Below are positions 51,512 to 61,710 of a stretch of DNA of 64,000 nt, one piece after another. The stretch lies in NCBI GenBank assembly GCA_963826785.1, contig CAWGYD010000006.1:960001-1024000 (forward strand), in the 5' to 3' direction. Numbering within the stretch: the first letter of the stretch is position 1; each line of letters starts with the position of its first letter. This stretch comes from an uncultured delta proteobacterium. Its GTDB lineage: Bacteria; Desulfobacterota; Desulfobacteria; Desulfobacterales; Desulfosalsimonadaceae. The translations under genes and the position numbers were made by a program. The notes below the pieces were generated by a model. The model was not told where the DNA came from. It did no database searches and saw only the letters and a list, made by a program, of their open reading frames with translations.

Positions 51512-52183
51512 TCAGCCCCGGGTTTCATGGTCCACGTCGGCGTCGAAATCGTGATCGGCCAATTTCGAATCCGGTCCATAGGCTTGCGTAAAGGTATCCA
51601 CAATGGACTCGATGGGCACATCGGCGAATTCGCCGCGATAGGCGATGTATTCCATGTGCTGCCGGCCGTCAAGGTCAAAGGGGTGATAAATGGAGTCTTT
51701 TCGTCCGTCGAATTCCAGCGGCTTCAAGCGGAACCGCTGGCACAGTTCGACATTGAAGGCCGGCGTCGCCTTGATCCATGCGCCATCCAGGTAAATGGCG
51801 GTATACCCGTGCCAGTAGAAGATATCCGTATTCATATGCCGGCGGAGGCGCTCGGTGGAGAGATGATTGCGGACATCGGCAAACCCGAGACGGGCGGGGA
51901 TTCCTGCGGCCCGGCAGCAGGCGGCCAGCAGGATGGCTTTGGCCACGCACCAGCCCCGGCCGGCGTGCAGGGTGGTGGTCGCTTTGAGCCCCTCCACATC
52001 CAGGGTAATGGCATAGGGGTCATAGCGGATGCCGTCGCGCACCGCATAATAAAGGCGGACCGCCTGATTTCGTGCATCCAGTCCTTCCGGCGCATGAAGG
52101 GTGACATATCGGCGGATCTGCTCGTGATCACATTCGATTGTGGCCGTGGGTTGAAGAAATATCTGATGTTCTTGACCGGTCAT
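51512..52183 (-). CDS. Transglutaminase-like domain protein
   Basis: VRDGIRYDPY, GWCVAKA, IPARLGFADV.NH, WHG, W.KATP; RBS GGAGG before ATG 52183. Confidence 0.85.
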   Translation of the reverse strand: MTGQEHQIFLQPTATIECDHEQIRRYVTLHAPEGLDARNQAVRLYYAVRDGIRYDPYAITLDVEGLKATTTLHAGRGWCVAKAILLAACCRAAGIPARLGFADVRNHLSTERLRRHMNTDIFYWHGYTAIYLDGAWIKATPAFNVELCQRFRLKPLEFDGRKDSIYHPFDLDGRQHMEYIAYRGEFADVPIESIVDTFTQAYGPDSKLADHDFDADVDHETRG

Positions 52184-52460
52184 AAGCTTGCCTCCGTTGG
52201 GCTTGTATTTCACCTTCACGGAAACAGGTTGGCAGTGCAACCCGTTGTCGTGAAAATCATCCTTATCGGTTTGCCGCCTGTTTTCCAAATATTTTTTCCC
52301 CTGTTTTTTATTTTTCCCGATTTTTTCCGGTTCCCCTGAGCACCGGGAGACAAATGATTCGGAACCTGACCGGATTCTTTATCATGTCAGGATAACTATG
52401 TTTGAAAACATCAAAATCCGACTTTATGGTTTAGGAAAATCACAACAGGAGGCCATCGTC

Positions 52461-52772
52461 ATGAAAAAGATCATATATCCGTTTTTGGCCTGCATGCTCC
52501 TGCTCGTCTTTTTCGCAAACCCGGGATGGTCATTGAGCAGCCTGCGCTGCGGGTGCTGCGATATCCTGAGGGATGGTGACAGCGCCCTCAAAGTGCTGGA
52601 ATGCATGGGAGAGCCGGAATTTAAAACTTATGTCGCCGATACTGTTCTTCTGGAGAGCCCCACGCAATCGGTTCAGCTGGAGTATTGGTTCTATCATCAG
52701 GATGACTGGGTTTATCAGATCACCATCTATAATGGAATCATCAATGATATTAAACTGATCGGGCGTGATTAG
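52461..52772 (+). CDS. Small exported protein, DUF2845-like
   Basis: RBS AGGAGG, signal peptide, LRCG, V...CMGEP, EYWFY. Confidence 0.6.
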   Translation: MKKIIYPFLACMLLLVFFANPGWSLSSLRCGCCDILRDGDSALKVLECMGEPEFKTYVADTVLLESPTQSVQLEYWFYHQDDWVYQITIYNGIINDIKLIGRD

Positions 52773-53048
52773 CTGAGAAGCACCCGAGGGGCCGCATTGA
52801 TCGCATTCTGCGTTTGGATGCCACTGAATACAGTTGCTGAGCGGGCGGAATACGTACCGAAGATTTTTGGAATCAGTATTTCCCAGTATTTAGTTTGCCC
52901 GTCGATTTGGAGAATATGAGTTCATCTGGACAGTGGACTGCAACCCGCGAAAGCGCGCCGGGGCAAAAAACGTTTGTTCGGTTAAAAGGTCGTGATGATA
53001 ACCTGCAATTATCGAAGCCAACCCAAAACACAATGTAGGAGGAAGAAA

Positions 53049-53588
53049 ATGAAACACGTATGGATATGTCTGTGTCTGATGGCTGCTGGATTCCTGCTGT
53101 TTGCCGGCAATGCGTCTGCTGAGGATGAGCGATGGGGTTTTCAAAGGGGGGACCGGGAGTTGACGCTTGCCGGCACCGGATCGAGCGACAACAATTTTGA
53201 CAGCACCAACTTGTCTGCCCAGGTGGGCCTCGGGTATTTCATGACGGATTTTTTCGAGATCGCCTTCCGCCAGGATGGTACGTATATAGATCGGAAGAAC
53301 GGTGGCAGCTACTATAATGCCGCCAGCCGAGGGGCGCTGGACTTTTATATGCCGCTCGATCCCGTATACCCGTATATCGGCGTGAACGGTGGATATATTT
53401 ACGGCGATCTGGTTAATGATCAATGGATTGTAGGACCTGAGGCCGGCATCAAATTTTTTGCCGGTCCCACTTCTTTCATCTACGGTGCGCTGGAATATGA
53501 ATTTTTATTGAATGACTCGAACGACGTGGAGGAGGATTTCGAAGATGGCCGTTTCGTCTACTCCATCGGCGTCGGGCTGACATTCTAA
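53049..53588 (+). CDS. Outer-membrane beta-barrel protein (OmpA/OmpW-like small barrel)
   Basis: RBS AGGAGG, signal peptide, GYFMTD..E, PYIG..GG, GIKFF, terminal F. Confidence 0.7.
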   Translation: MKHVWICLCLMAAGFLLFAGNASAEDERWGFQRGDRELTLAGTGSSDNNFDSTNLSAQVGLGYFMTDFFEIAFRQDGTYIDRKNGGSYYNAASRGALDFYMPLDPVYPYIGVNGGYIYGDLVNDQWIVGPEAGIKFFAGPTSFIYGALEYEFLLNDSNDVEEDFEDGRFVYSIGVGLTF

Positions 53589-53605
53589 AAAATCTTTGGA
53601 GAAAT

Positions 53606-53646
53606 GAAAAAGCCGCTGGGAGTGCCTTTTCGGCGGCTTTTTTTTT
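53606..53646. terminator. Bidirectional terminator
   Basis: AAAAAGCCGC...GCGGCTTTTT stem with A and T runs. Confidence 0.75.
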
Positions 53647-53812
53647 CAAAAACGCCTGCGCTAAAAAGCCGCATCAGTCCGCCATAACGGCGATGATGCC
53701 CAATACCCGGATACTAAAACCGGGGCTGATGCGGCTGGGGGTGTTTAAGACGATGAGATCGGCATCGGCAAGGAAGAAAAGCATGCCGAGGGCAGGGCAG
53801 AAACAGATATTT

Positions 53813-54865
53813 TTACGTCATGTCCTGTGTCGTTTTGGCGTAAAGTGATTCAAACAGTGCTTTTTCCATGTGATAAATTTTGCCCGCCTGCCCGGAAGCC
53901 TGCGCCCAGATACCCTGCTGTTCCGGTTCTTTTGCCGCCCGGCCGAGCACTGCAGCAAGTTTTGTCCAGGTCTGCGCACAACGCCCGGAAAGTGAAATGA
54001 TCTGATCGTCGATCACATCCGGTACAATATCCCGGCACCACTCAAAAAAGGCGGTCATCAGGTTTCGGAAGTTGGCCCCGCCGGAGCCGAAGGTTTCGAT
54101 GGTCTGGGCGGTATAGGCGGCAAGCGGCCCGGCATTGTCCCGCTGTCCCCATCCGCCCACCGACTCGGCAAACAAGGCCAGCCCGGCAATGCCGGTTGTC
54201 ACCTGTGTTGACTGATCCGCTACGGATTTGAGCAGTTCCGCCTGGCTCAAGTCGCTTCCCAGCATCCGGCCGCAGCTGATTTTCAATGCCTGCCTTGCGG
54301 CCTGTTCCAGTGAGCGGGTGATCTGCGTATCGAAGAATTTCCCCCACAGGTTGAAGGTGGAAATGCCGTCTTTGGGGTTCCGGCTGACCGAAAGGGCTTT
54401 GTAGGAGCATTTCTGGGGCGCCGGATCGACCCGGTCGGCAATCCAGGCGACCTGTTTCGCATCGTCAAAACCGACCAGCACGAACCGGTGGGCCGGAAAC
54501 CGCACCTTGTAATCGCGGTAATCCAGAAAGAAGATGTCGCCGGTGAGCATGGCGGGCCGGCCTTCCATCACCTCTTTCTTGACATCCGCCCAGGCCTTGG
54601 CATTGTCAAATTCCGGCTGCTCCCGGTAGTCGATGCCCAGGGAACGGGCGGCATCATATTCCATGGTGATGCTGCGGCCGAAGATCATCTCGGATGGGAA
54701 AAATCCTTCGGAGCGGACGTACATGGATTCAATCCCCGATCCCAGCCCGAACACGACCGCTTCTGGCAGTTCCAGGCCGCAGTGATGGTACAGCAGGTTT
54801 CGCATGGCGGCGCTGCCGCAGTGCTGCCCCGGAAGGTTGCGGTAATTTTCGATCAGTGCCTGCAT
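53813..54865 (-). CDS. BtrH N-terminal / DUF4872 papain-like protein
   Basis: GQHCGS..RNLL, E..VFGLGSG, D.F.LDY, FPAHRFVLVGFD, IADR. Confidence 0.72.
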   Translation of the reverse strand: MQALIENYRNLPGQHCGSAAMRNLLYHHCGLELPEAVVFGLGSGIESMYVRSEGFFPSEMIFGRSITMEYDAARSLGIDYREQPEFDNAKAWADVKKEVMEGRPAMLTGDIFFLDYRDYKVRFPAHRFVLVGFDDAKQVAWIADRVDPAPQKCSYKALSVSRNPKDGISTFNLWGKFFDTQITRSLEQAARQALKISCGRMLGSDLSQAELLKSVADQSTQVTTGIAGLALFAESVGGWGQRDNAGPLAAYTAQTIETFGSGGANFRNLMTAFFEWCRDIVPDVIDDQIISLSGRCAQTWTKLAAVLGRAAKEPEQQGIWAQASGQAGKIYHMEKALFESLYAKTTQDMT

Positions 54866-54896
54866 CGGTTATCCTGTCCGGTAAGCCAAAGGGCGT

Positions 54897-55418
54897 TTAC
54901 AGGGATCCGTCCAGTTCCCGGGCGACTTCCTTTTTGCAGTTCCGGCACCGCTGGGCGCCCCGGAAAAGCGGGTATCCGCAGGAAGCGCAGTGATAGCGCG
55001 TGCATTCGGAGCGGGCCCATTCCACGCTGCCGGCCTCATCCCCCAGCCGGGCCGCCATCTCCCGCCATATGGGAATGGTGCGCTTCATGACGTTCTCTCC
55101 GGTGGCCAGCCCGAAGTTTTCGATCAAATCGCAGGGCCACCGGTCGCACTGATGGCAGGAATAGTACGCTTTTGATTTGACGCAGTCTTTGATTTTGCAG
55201 AGCCGGCAGAAAACATAGAGCTTTTCCGGGGGGTCCGCCTGCATGCATCCCAGGCACTCGGTCTCCCCGGGTGGGGTGCCGTAGAGGTTTCCCATGACGG
55301 TCTTGAATTTTTCGTTTTTGTCCCGGGTGGCGATATAGACCCCGCAGGTGCCGCAGTACAATCCGCAAGGGGCCATGAGCCGCCGATCCCTGATTTCGTC
55401 TTCGCTCCAGTCGGGCAT
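54897..55418 (-). CDS. DUF3795 Cys-rich protein with extra C-terminal zinc ribbon
   Basis: APCGLYCGTC, CLGC, C.IKDC, CHQCDRWPC, CASCG...CRNC. Confidence 0.78.
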   Translation of the reverse strand: MPDWSEDEIRDRRLMAPCGLYCGTCGVYIATRDKNEKFKTVMGNLYGTPPGETECLGCMQADPPEKLYVFCRLCKIKDCVKSKAYYSCHQCDRWPCDLIENFGLATGENVMKRTIPIWREMAARLGDEAGSVEWARSECTRYHCASCGYPLFRGAQRCRNCKKEVARELDGSL

Positions 55419-55450
55419 GATGGATGCGCTCCTTTTCTAGAAACGTACTT

Positions 55451-55867
55451 CTATTCTTTTTCCACTTTTCCCCGCAGTGATTTGATGCGGCTCCGGTGAA
55501 CCTTTTCATCCAGCCGTTTCTGCCGGGAGGCCCGGGTGGGCCGGGTGGGGGTCCGTTTTTTGGGAACCCTGACCGCGCTTCTGATGATCTGCCTGAGACG
55601 GGCCAGGGCCGCTTCCCGGTTTTTTTCCTGGGTGCGGTGATTCTGCGCCTTGATGACGATGATGCCGGTCTTGGTGATGCGCTGATCATCGATCTGCATG
55701 AGCCGCTGCTTGTAAAAATCGGGCAGCGATGAATTCAAGATATCAAACCGCAGGTGGACGGCCGAGGATACCTTGTTGACATTCTGCCCGCCGGCACCCT
55801 GTGCCCGGATGGGGGAAATCTGTATTTCACTGTCGGCAATCGATGCCTTGTCGGATATGCGAAACAT
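55451..55867 (-). CDS. arfB: Alternative ribosome rescue factor B (peptidyl-tRNA hydrolase)
   Basis: RAQGAGGQNVNKVSSAVHLRF, RTQEKNR, basic C-tail PKKR.PTRP. Confidence 0.93.
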   Translation of the reverse strand: MFRISDKASIADSEIQISPIRAQGAGGQNVNKVSSAVHLRFDILNSSLPDFYKQRLMQIDDQRITKTGIIVIKAQNHRTQEKNREAALARLRQIIRSAVRVPKKRTPTRPTRASRQKRLDEKVHRSRIKSLRGKVEKE

Positions 55868-56229
55868 GATTACTGAATGTGGGCAAGGGGTTGCAGGCCG
55901 CCGTCGCCGGCAGCGGTTTCTGTTTCCGGGGTGTTGAACATCCGGAACTGTTCATCTTTAAAATGTCCCGGAAATTGTCGAAATAAGACCGACACCGCTT
56001 TGCTGCATTGTCTGTATGCCGGCTTCCAGGTTCGACATGGAACCAATGATAAGCCCGATCTCTTTTTCGGTCAACACCTGTCTGCATTTGGCGATAAGAA
56101 CGCCTCTTTTGCAACCCGGATCAGAGGGTGCCGCCCCCGTTTTGGGTTAGTGGCGCGGCATTCGCCTGATATCGAGGTGGTGTCAATCGGGGAAAACCTG
56201 AAGTCGGGCTTCGGAAAACCTGATGGTGC

Positions 56230-57087
56230 TCACAGGGACGCCCGGGCATTCATCCATTCCAATATGGCGTCAAAGGTCTGGTTTCGGTTGATTTCGTTGA
56301 AATTTTCGTGAAAATTGTCCGGATGGTACAGATAGGTGAGATTCCCGTCTCCCATGCCCTTGAGCAGCCGTTCGGATACGCTTGAATCCGCCAGTTCGTC
56401 GCGGCCCGCTATGACCGCGAAAGTGGGGAAACGCCATTGATCGAAATTTCGTTGAAGTTCCTTCTGGGCCTTGAGCAGTTCGCTTCCAAATCGCATGGTG
56501 GCCTTGGTGGAACGGATGCCGTCGGCCTCGTCCTTTTTGTGGCGGTTGGTGATGGCCGGATCATGGGTCAGCATGTCCGTCAGATAGGGGCCCGGAATCA
56601 CCATTTTCGGTGCAATTTTCCCCAGCATTTTGACCAGGGGGATCATTACCGGAGATACTTTGATGGCGTTCTCGTAATAGGGGGAAGAAAGGATGAACCC
56701 CTTCACCCGGGGATGGGCATCCCCCATTTGAATCCCCAGGTGGGTGGCGATGAGCCCGCCCATGGAATGGCCCATGATGAACACCGGAATGTCCGGGTAT
56801 GCGGACAGAACCCAGTTCAGAAAATCGGCCGTGTCGTCCACGTATTGCCCGAACCGGTCGATGTAGGTTTTTTCCTGCTTGTGCCCCCGCAGGTCGCAGG
56901 CCGCCGTGGCAATGGATTGGTCTTTGAAGTACAGGGCCGGCGTGACGTAGTCGCCGCCATGGGCAAGCCCGCCGTGAATGGCCATGATGACAGCTTTGGG
57001 CGGCATTTCCGGCTCCCACAGGTGAAGATCGAGCTTCTGACCATCCCGGGCGGTGAAAGAATCGAGTCGTGTTTCCGAATATCTCAT
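56230..57087 (-). CDS. Alpha/beta hydrolase (lysophospholipase / monoacylglycerol lipase-like)
   Basis: IHGG, DLRGH, GHSMGG nucleophile, D and H(E) of the triad. Confidence 0.88.
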   Translation of the reverse strand: MRYSETRLDSFTARDGQKLDLHLWEPEMPPKAVIMAIHGGLAHGGDYVTPALYFKDQSIATAACDLRGHKQEKTYIDRFGQYVDDTADFLNWVLSAYPDIPVFIMGHSMGGLIATHLGIQMGDAHPRVKGFILSSPYYENAIKVSPVMIPLVKMLGKIAPKMVIPGPYLTDMLTHDPAITNRHKKDEADGIRSTKATMRFGSELLKAQKELQRNFDQWRFPTFAVIAGRDELADSSVSERLLKGMGDGNLTYLYHPDNFHENFNEINRNQTFDAILEWMNARASL

Positions 57088-57229
57088 GAACGGCTCCTGC
57101 ATGGATGAAGTTAATAAAGAATTCGATGGGCCGTGAAAAACCGTTGTAGTATAATTGAAACCGGGCGGGTTGTAAATCAGGGATTGCCTGATTTCGGCCG
57201 GATGAATCCCCGATCCGCAGCAGACGCGA

Positions 57230-59713
57230 TTAACCGGGCAGGGAGATTTTCCAGATACGGCTGCAGTATTCGCGGATCGCGCGGTCCGAGGAAAACTTGC
57301 CCATGCGGGCGACATTGAGCAGGGATTTTCGGGTCCACTGCTTCTGATCGGCCCAGGCGCGGTTCACCGCCTCCTGGCAGTCGATGTAGGACGGGTAATC
57401 GGCCAGCAGCATGTAGCGGTCTTCATACAGCAGCGAATCCACCAGGGGTTTGAACAGACCGCCGTCCCCCCGGGAGAAAGCGCCCGATCCGATCATGTCG
57501 ATGGCCTCGCGAAGTTCGCCGTTGTTCCGATAATGGTCAATGGGCTGGTATCCCGCTGTTTTGAGTTCACTTACCTGGGCGGCATTGAGCCCGAACAGAA
57601 AGAAGTTGTCCTCCCCCACCTCCTGGCGGATTTCCACGTTGGCACCGTCTAAGGTGCCGATGGTGAGCGCCCCGTTCATGGCGAATTTCATGTTGCCGGT
57701 TCCCGATGCTTCCTTTCCCGCGGTGGAGATCTGCTCGGAGAGGTCGGCCTGGGGATAGATCCGGTGGCCGAGCCGTACGTTAAAATTACGGATGAACACG
57801 ATCTTGAGCCGTTCGGCCACATCGGCGTCGCTGTTGACGACTTCGGCCACCGAATTGATGAGCTTGATGATCAGCTTGGCCATGTAATATCCGGGGGCGG
57901 CCTTGCCGCCGAACACGAAGGTGCGCGGGGTGATGTCGATCCCCGGATCCTTCTTGATGCGGTTGTACAGCGTGATGATATGCAGGACATTCAGATGCTG
58001 GCGCTTGTATTCGTGGAACCGTTTGACCTGAACGTCGAACAGGGAATCGGTATTGAGCGCCACGCCGGTTTTCTTGAGCACGTATTCCGCCTGTTCCCGC
58101 TTGTTGTTCTGCTTGACCAGCCACCAGTTGGAGAGAAAATCCTCGTCATCGACAAATTCCTCCAGGCCGGAAAGTTCTTCGAGGTTCCGGATCCAGCCGT
58201 CTCCGATTTTTTCGGAGATCAGCCTGGTGAGCCTGGGGTTGCACAGGACCATCCAGCGCCGGGGGGTGACGCCGTTGGTGATATTGTTGAATTTTTCAGG
58301 GAAAAGCGCGTTAAAATGGCTCAGTGTATGGGTCTTGAGAAGCCGGGTATGCAGTTCGGCCACACCGTTGATGGCATGGCTTCCCACGCAGGCCAGATTG
58401 GCCATGCGCACGTATCTTTCCCCGGCTTCGTCAATGAGCGAAAAATCATCCAGATGCCGGGCATGCTCGGGGTGGCCGGAGCGGATGCGGTCCAGAAAGC
58501 GCTGATTGATCTCGAAGATGATGTCGAGGTGCCGGGGAAGCACGCTGGCGAATAGGGGGAGGGACCATTTTTCCAGGGCTTCGGGCAGAAGGGTGTGGTT
58601 GGTATAGCTGAAGGTCTGCTCCGTGATTTTCCAGGCACGCTCCCAGTCCATGAAGTGATCGTCCATGAGCAGGCGCATCAGTTCCGCAATGGCAATGGCC
58701 GGATGGGTGTCGTTGAGCTGGGCCGCATAGGTCTGATGAAAATGGCACAAGTCCGGGTCCTTGAGCCGGTGCATGTCGATCATGTTCTGGAGCGAGCAGG
58801 AGACCAGGAAATACTGCTGCTCCAGCCGCAGCCGCTTCCCCTGGAGCTGTTCGTCATTGGGATAGAGCACCTTGGTAAGGTTTTCCGCCGTCACCTGGTT
58901 TTCCACGGCACCGTAATAATCGCCCGTGTTGAAATCGGCAAAATCGAATTCCTCGTTGGCTTCCGCTTTCCAGAGCCGGAGCATGCAGGCGGTGTCCGAC
59001 TGGTATCCCAGGATCGGCAGGTCATATGCCATCCCTTTGATGATCCGCTCGGGCATCCAGCGCACCCGGTAGTTCCCTTTTTCGTCCTTATACGGATGGG
59101 TGGAACCGCCCAGAAAAACAGGATAAGTCCGCTCCGGCCGGGGGATTTCCCAGGGGTTGCCCATCTGGAGCCAGTTGTCGGTCAGCTCCACCTGCCAGCC
59201 GTCCTGGAATTTTTGATGGAAGATGCCGTGCTCATAGCGGATGCCGTATCCCACCGCGTTCACATTCAGGGTGGCCAGGGATTCGATGAAGCAGGCGGCC
59301 AGCCGCCCCAGGCCGCCGTTGCCCAGACCCGGCTCCTGCTCCTGTTCGATGATGGTGTTGATGTCCAGGCCGAAATCGGAAAGCGCCTGCTTCATGGTGT
59401 CGTAGAGGCCAAGATTGATCAGGTTGCGCTTGAGCTGGGGGCCGATGAGAAATTCGGCGGAGAAGTAACAGACGGCTTTTCGATCATTCTGGAAGAAATT
59501 TTCCACCGAACTCGACCACCGCTTCATCATGCGGCTGCGGACACTCAGCGCCACTGCCATGTAACAGTCGTGGGGGGTGACCAGGGCGAGCGGCTTTCCG
59601 ATCACATAGAGCATGTTTTCCGCCAGATCCTGCTTGACGTCCTCCAGTTCCATGCCGGTGCGGGCGTTGATGTGGGGCTTCGGGGCTTTTTTCGGGGGCG
59701 TCTTCTTTTGCAT
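57230..59713 (-). CDS. glgP: Glycogen/starch/alpha-glucan phosphorylase
   Basis: GLGNGGLGRLAAC, VLYPND, QLNDTHP, YTNHTLLPEALE, KRFHEYKRQ, EASGTGNMK, FSSDRAI. Confidence 0.95.
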   Translation of the reverse strand: MQKKTPPKKAPKPHINARTGMELEDVKQDLAENMLYVIGKPLALVTPHDCYMAVALSVRSRMMKRWSSSVENFFQNDRKAVCYFSAEFLIGPQLKRNLINLGLYDTMKQALSDFGLDINTIIEQEQEPGLGNGGLGRLAACFIESLATLNVNAVGYGIRYEHGIFHQKFQDGWQVELTDNWLQMGNPWEIPRPERTYPVFLGGSTHPYKDEKGNYRVRWMPERIIKGMAYDLPILGYQSDTACMLRLWKAEANEEFDFADFNTGDYYGAVENQVTAENLTKVLYPNDEQLQGKRLRLEQQYFLVSCSLQNMIDMHRLKDPDLCHFHQTYAAQLNDTHPAIAIAELMRLLMDDHFMDWERAWKITEQTFSYTNHTLLPEALEKWSLPLFASVLPRHLDIIFEINQRFLDRIRSGHPEHARHLDDFSLIDEAGERYVRMANLACVGSHAINGVAELHTRLLKTHTLSHFNALFPEKFNNITNGVTPRRWMVLCNPRLTRLISEKIGDGWIRNLEELSGLEEFVDDEDFLSNWWLVKQNNKREQAEYVLKKTGVALNTDSLFDVQVKRFHEYKRQHLNVLHIITLYNRIKKDPGIDITPRTFVFGGKAAPGYYMAKLIIKLINSVAEVVNSDADVAERLKIVFIRNFNVRLGHRIYPQADLSEQISTAGKEASGTGNMKFAMNGALTIGTLDGANVEIRQEVGEDNFFLFGLNAAQVSELKTAGYQPIDHYRNNGELREAIDMIGSGAFSRGDGGLFKPLVDSLLYEDRYMLLADYPSYIDCQEAVNRAWADQKQWTRKSLLNVARMGKFSSDRAIREYCSRIWKISLPG

Positions 59714-59967
59714 TTGAATATCCCTTCTTTTAAAGATGTGGAATGATGCAAAAATAAAGGGGCCGTCAGGATAAAGCTTTTTTAATTCCGCTTCTAAATG
59801 CGGCGGAAGAGAAGACGCCCTTTTGATCAGGGACTGAGTCAAAAATAATGATAAATAACTTAAAATGCAATCAGTTTCATGGCAGATGAAATTTCGGGGA
59901 TTCCGGGGGATTTTCGGGATGCGATTTTGAGCGGCCCGGGATTTTAGTTGAAAACCCCCGGAAGCCC

Positions 59968-61554
59968 TTATTTTAAACGGACGGCCTTTTTGCCGACCCG
60001 CTGTAAAAGATCTGTGATTTCCCGGATGCCGAATACGGATCCGGCGGCCGCAATCAGTGCGAGAAATACAACTCCGGTGATGATGGCGGTTATGAGGCTT
60101 CCGGAAAAAGAGGAGGGATCGATGCCGGCAAGGGCGGTTCTTCGGAAGTATTCCATGAAAATGCCCAGGCCGGCGCTCAGAAGGATGATTTTCAGATAAA
60201 AGGCGTACACCGTCCTGCTGGCCCGGTTATCGGTTTTGCGGTTCCAGAGGATATAAAGAAGCAGGACCTGCAGGATGGCGGAGACGGAAACGGCCATGGC
60301 CACGCCGGAGGCCCCCATGTAGGTCATGCCCAGAAAAAAGACGGGGATGCTCGCCAGAACCGTGATGGTGCCGTAAATGGCAGGAAAAAGGGTGTTCTGG
60401 ATGGCGTAATACCCTCTCACCACGATGGTCTGGGCGGCAAAGGCCGAGGCCCCTGCCAGGATGAAGACGAAAACACCGGCAGTCACCTCGGTGTCGGCTG
60501 CGTCGAAGCTGCCGTGCTGGAACAGGATGCGGATGATTTCATGGCGCAGCACCATGAACAGCACTGAAAAAGGGATCACCAGCGAGAGGTAGCGAAGGGT
60601 CGTATTGATGATCCGGTTGACCTCATCCATCCGCTGCTGGGCCGCCAGGCGGGCCAGGAAGGGGAAGGAGGCCACGCCCACGGCCTGGCCGAAAAAGGCC
60701 ATGAGGATCAGCATGACCCGGAAGCTGTAGTTCAATGCGGCGATGCCGCCGCCGGGAAGGTAGGAGCCGAAAAACCGCAGGAAAATTTCAGTGGAAAAGG
60801 TCATGGTCAGCCCCACCATCAGCGGGAGAGTGAGCAGGACATATTTTTTCAGGTCCGGGTGAAGGAAATCGAAGCGCAGCGAAAAGATCATGCCGACCCT
60901 TTTTGCCCCATGCCACTGCATCAGAAAATTGCCGGCAATGGCGCCGGCCAGAACGCCCCAGGAAAATCCGGCCATGCCCAGCGTGCCGCCAAGGGCCAGG
61001 CCGCCGGCGATGATCCCAAAATTGTAGATCAGCGGGGCCAGCGCCGGAATAAAGAATTTTTCCTTTGCAAACTGGACGGCCATGAGCATGCCGCCGGCAA
61101 AAAAGAAAAACTGGGCCGGCAGAATGATCCGGGTCATGCGCACCGCCTCGAAACGGGTGGCGGGATCGGTCAGCCCCGGGGCGAAAATGGCCACCAGGTC
61201 GGGCGCAAACCATTCGGCCCCTGCGATGAGCACCACCAGCAACGCACCGAAACTGGTCATGATGACGGAAAATACATTCCAGCCGGTGCTTTCCCGGTCT
61301 TGGGCCAGGTAGGCGGCAAATATCGGGATGAAGGTGACGGAAAGAAACCCGCTGGCCACGATGTGGTTTAAAATTTCGGGGATGACGAAGGCGACCTGGT
61401 AGGCGTCCACCGCGGCGGTCCTGCCGCCGATATGGGCAATCACCATTTCCCGCACCAGGCCCATGGCCCGGCTTAAAAATACCGAGGCCATCATGATCAG
61501 AGACGCAAGGCCGATCTGGCGGTATAGCGTTTTGGATTCAGGTTTAAACTTCAT
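59968..61554 (-). CDS. murJ: Lipid II flippase MurJ (MviN)
   Basis: SRAMGLVRE, DAYQVAFVIP, FIPIF, many TM segments, FP.LAR, FQHGSF. Confidence 0.88.
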   Translation of the reverse strand: MKFKPESKTLYRQIGLASLIMMASVFLSRAMGLVREMVIAHIGGRTAAVDAYQVAFVIPEILNHIVASGFLSVTFIPIFAAYLAQDRESTGWNVFSVIMTSFGALLVVLIAGAEWFAPDLVAIFAPGLTDPATRFEAVRMTRIILPAQFFFFAGGMLMAVQFAKEKFFIPALAPLIYNFGIIAGGLALGGTLGMAGFSWGVLAGAIAGNFLMQWHGAKRVGMIFSLRFDFLHPDLKKYVLLTLPLMVGLTMTFSTEIFLRFFGSYLPGGGIAALNYSFRVMLILMAFFGQAVGVASFPFLARLAAQQRMDEVNRIINTTLRYLSLVIPFSVLFMVLRHEIIRILFQHGSFDAADTEVTAGVFVFILAGASAFAAQTIVVRGYYAIQNTLFPAIYGTITVLASIPVFFLGMTYMGASGVAMAVSVSAILQVLLLYILWNRKTDNRASRTVYAFYLKIILLSAGLGIFMEYFRRTALAGIDPSSFSGSLITAIITGVVFLALIAAAGSVFGIREITDLLQRVGKKAVRLK

Positions 61555-61710
61555 CAGGCACCTTAAATCACCATCCATGCCGCCGGTCAATCCAAAAGAT
61601 CAGTTACTGATTTTCATGCAATGGCGGTTTTTGTCGATCTTTTATCCGATTTTATGGTAAACGAGGATGAAATTTTCACTGCGAACCGTCTGACCGGAAT
61701 TGTTTTTCAT

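Noticed and set aside
53667..53736. 14-bp inverted repeat AGCCGCATCAGTCC/GGGCTGATGCGGCT as an ncRNA
   Set aside because: Adequately explained as a long-loop minus-strand terminator or 3' stabiliser of the BtrH-like gene
55868..56229. Possible ~40-codon minus-strand ORF (VLTEKEIGLIIGSM...) between the hydrolase gene and arfB
   Set aside because: Short, weak start context, no recognisable motif
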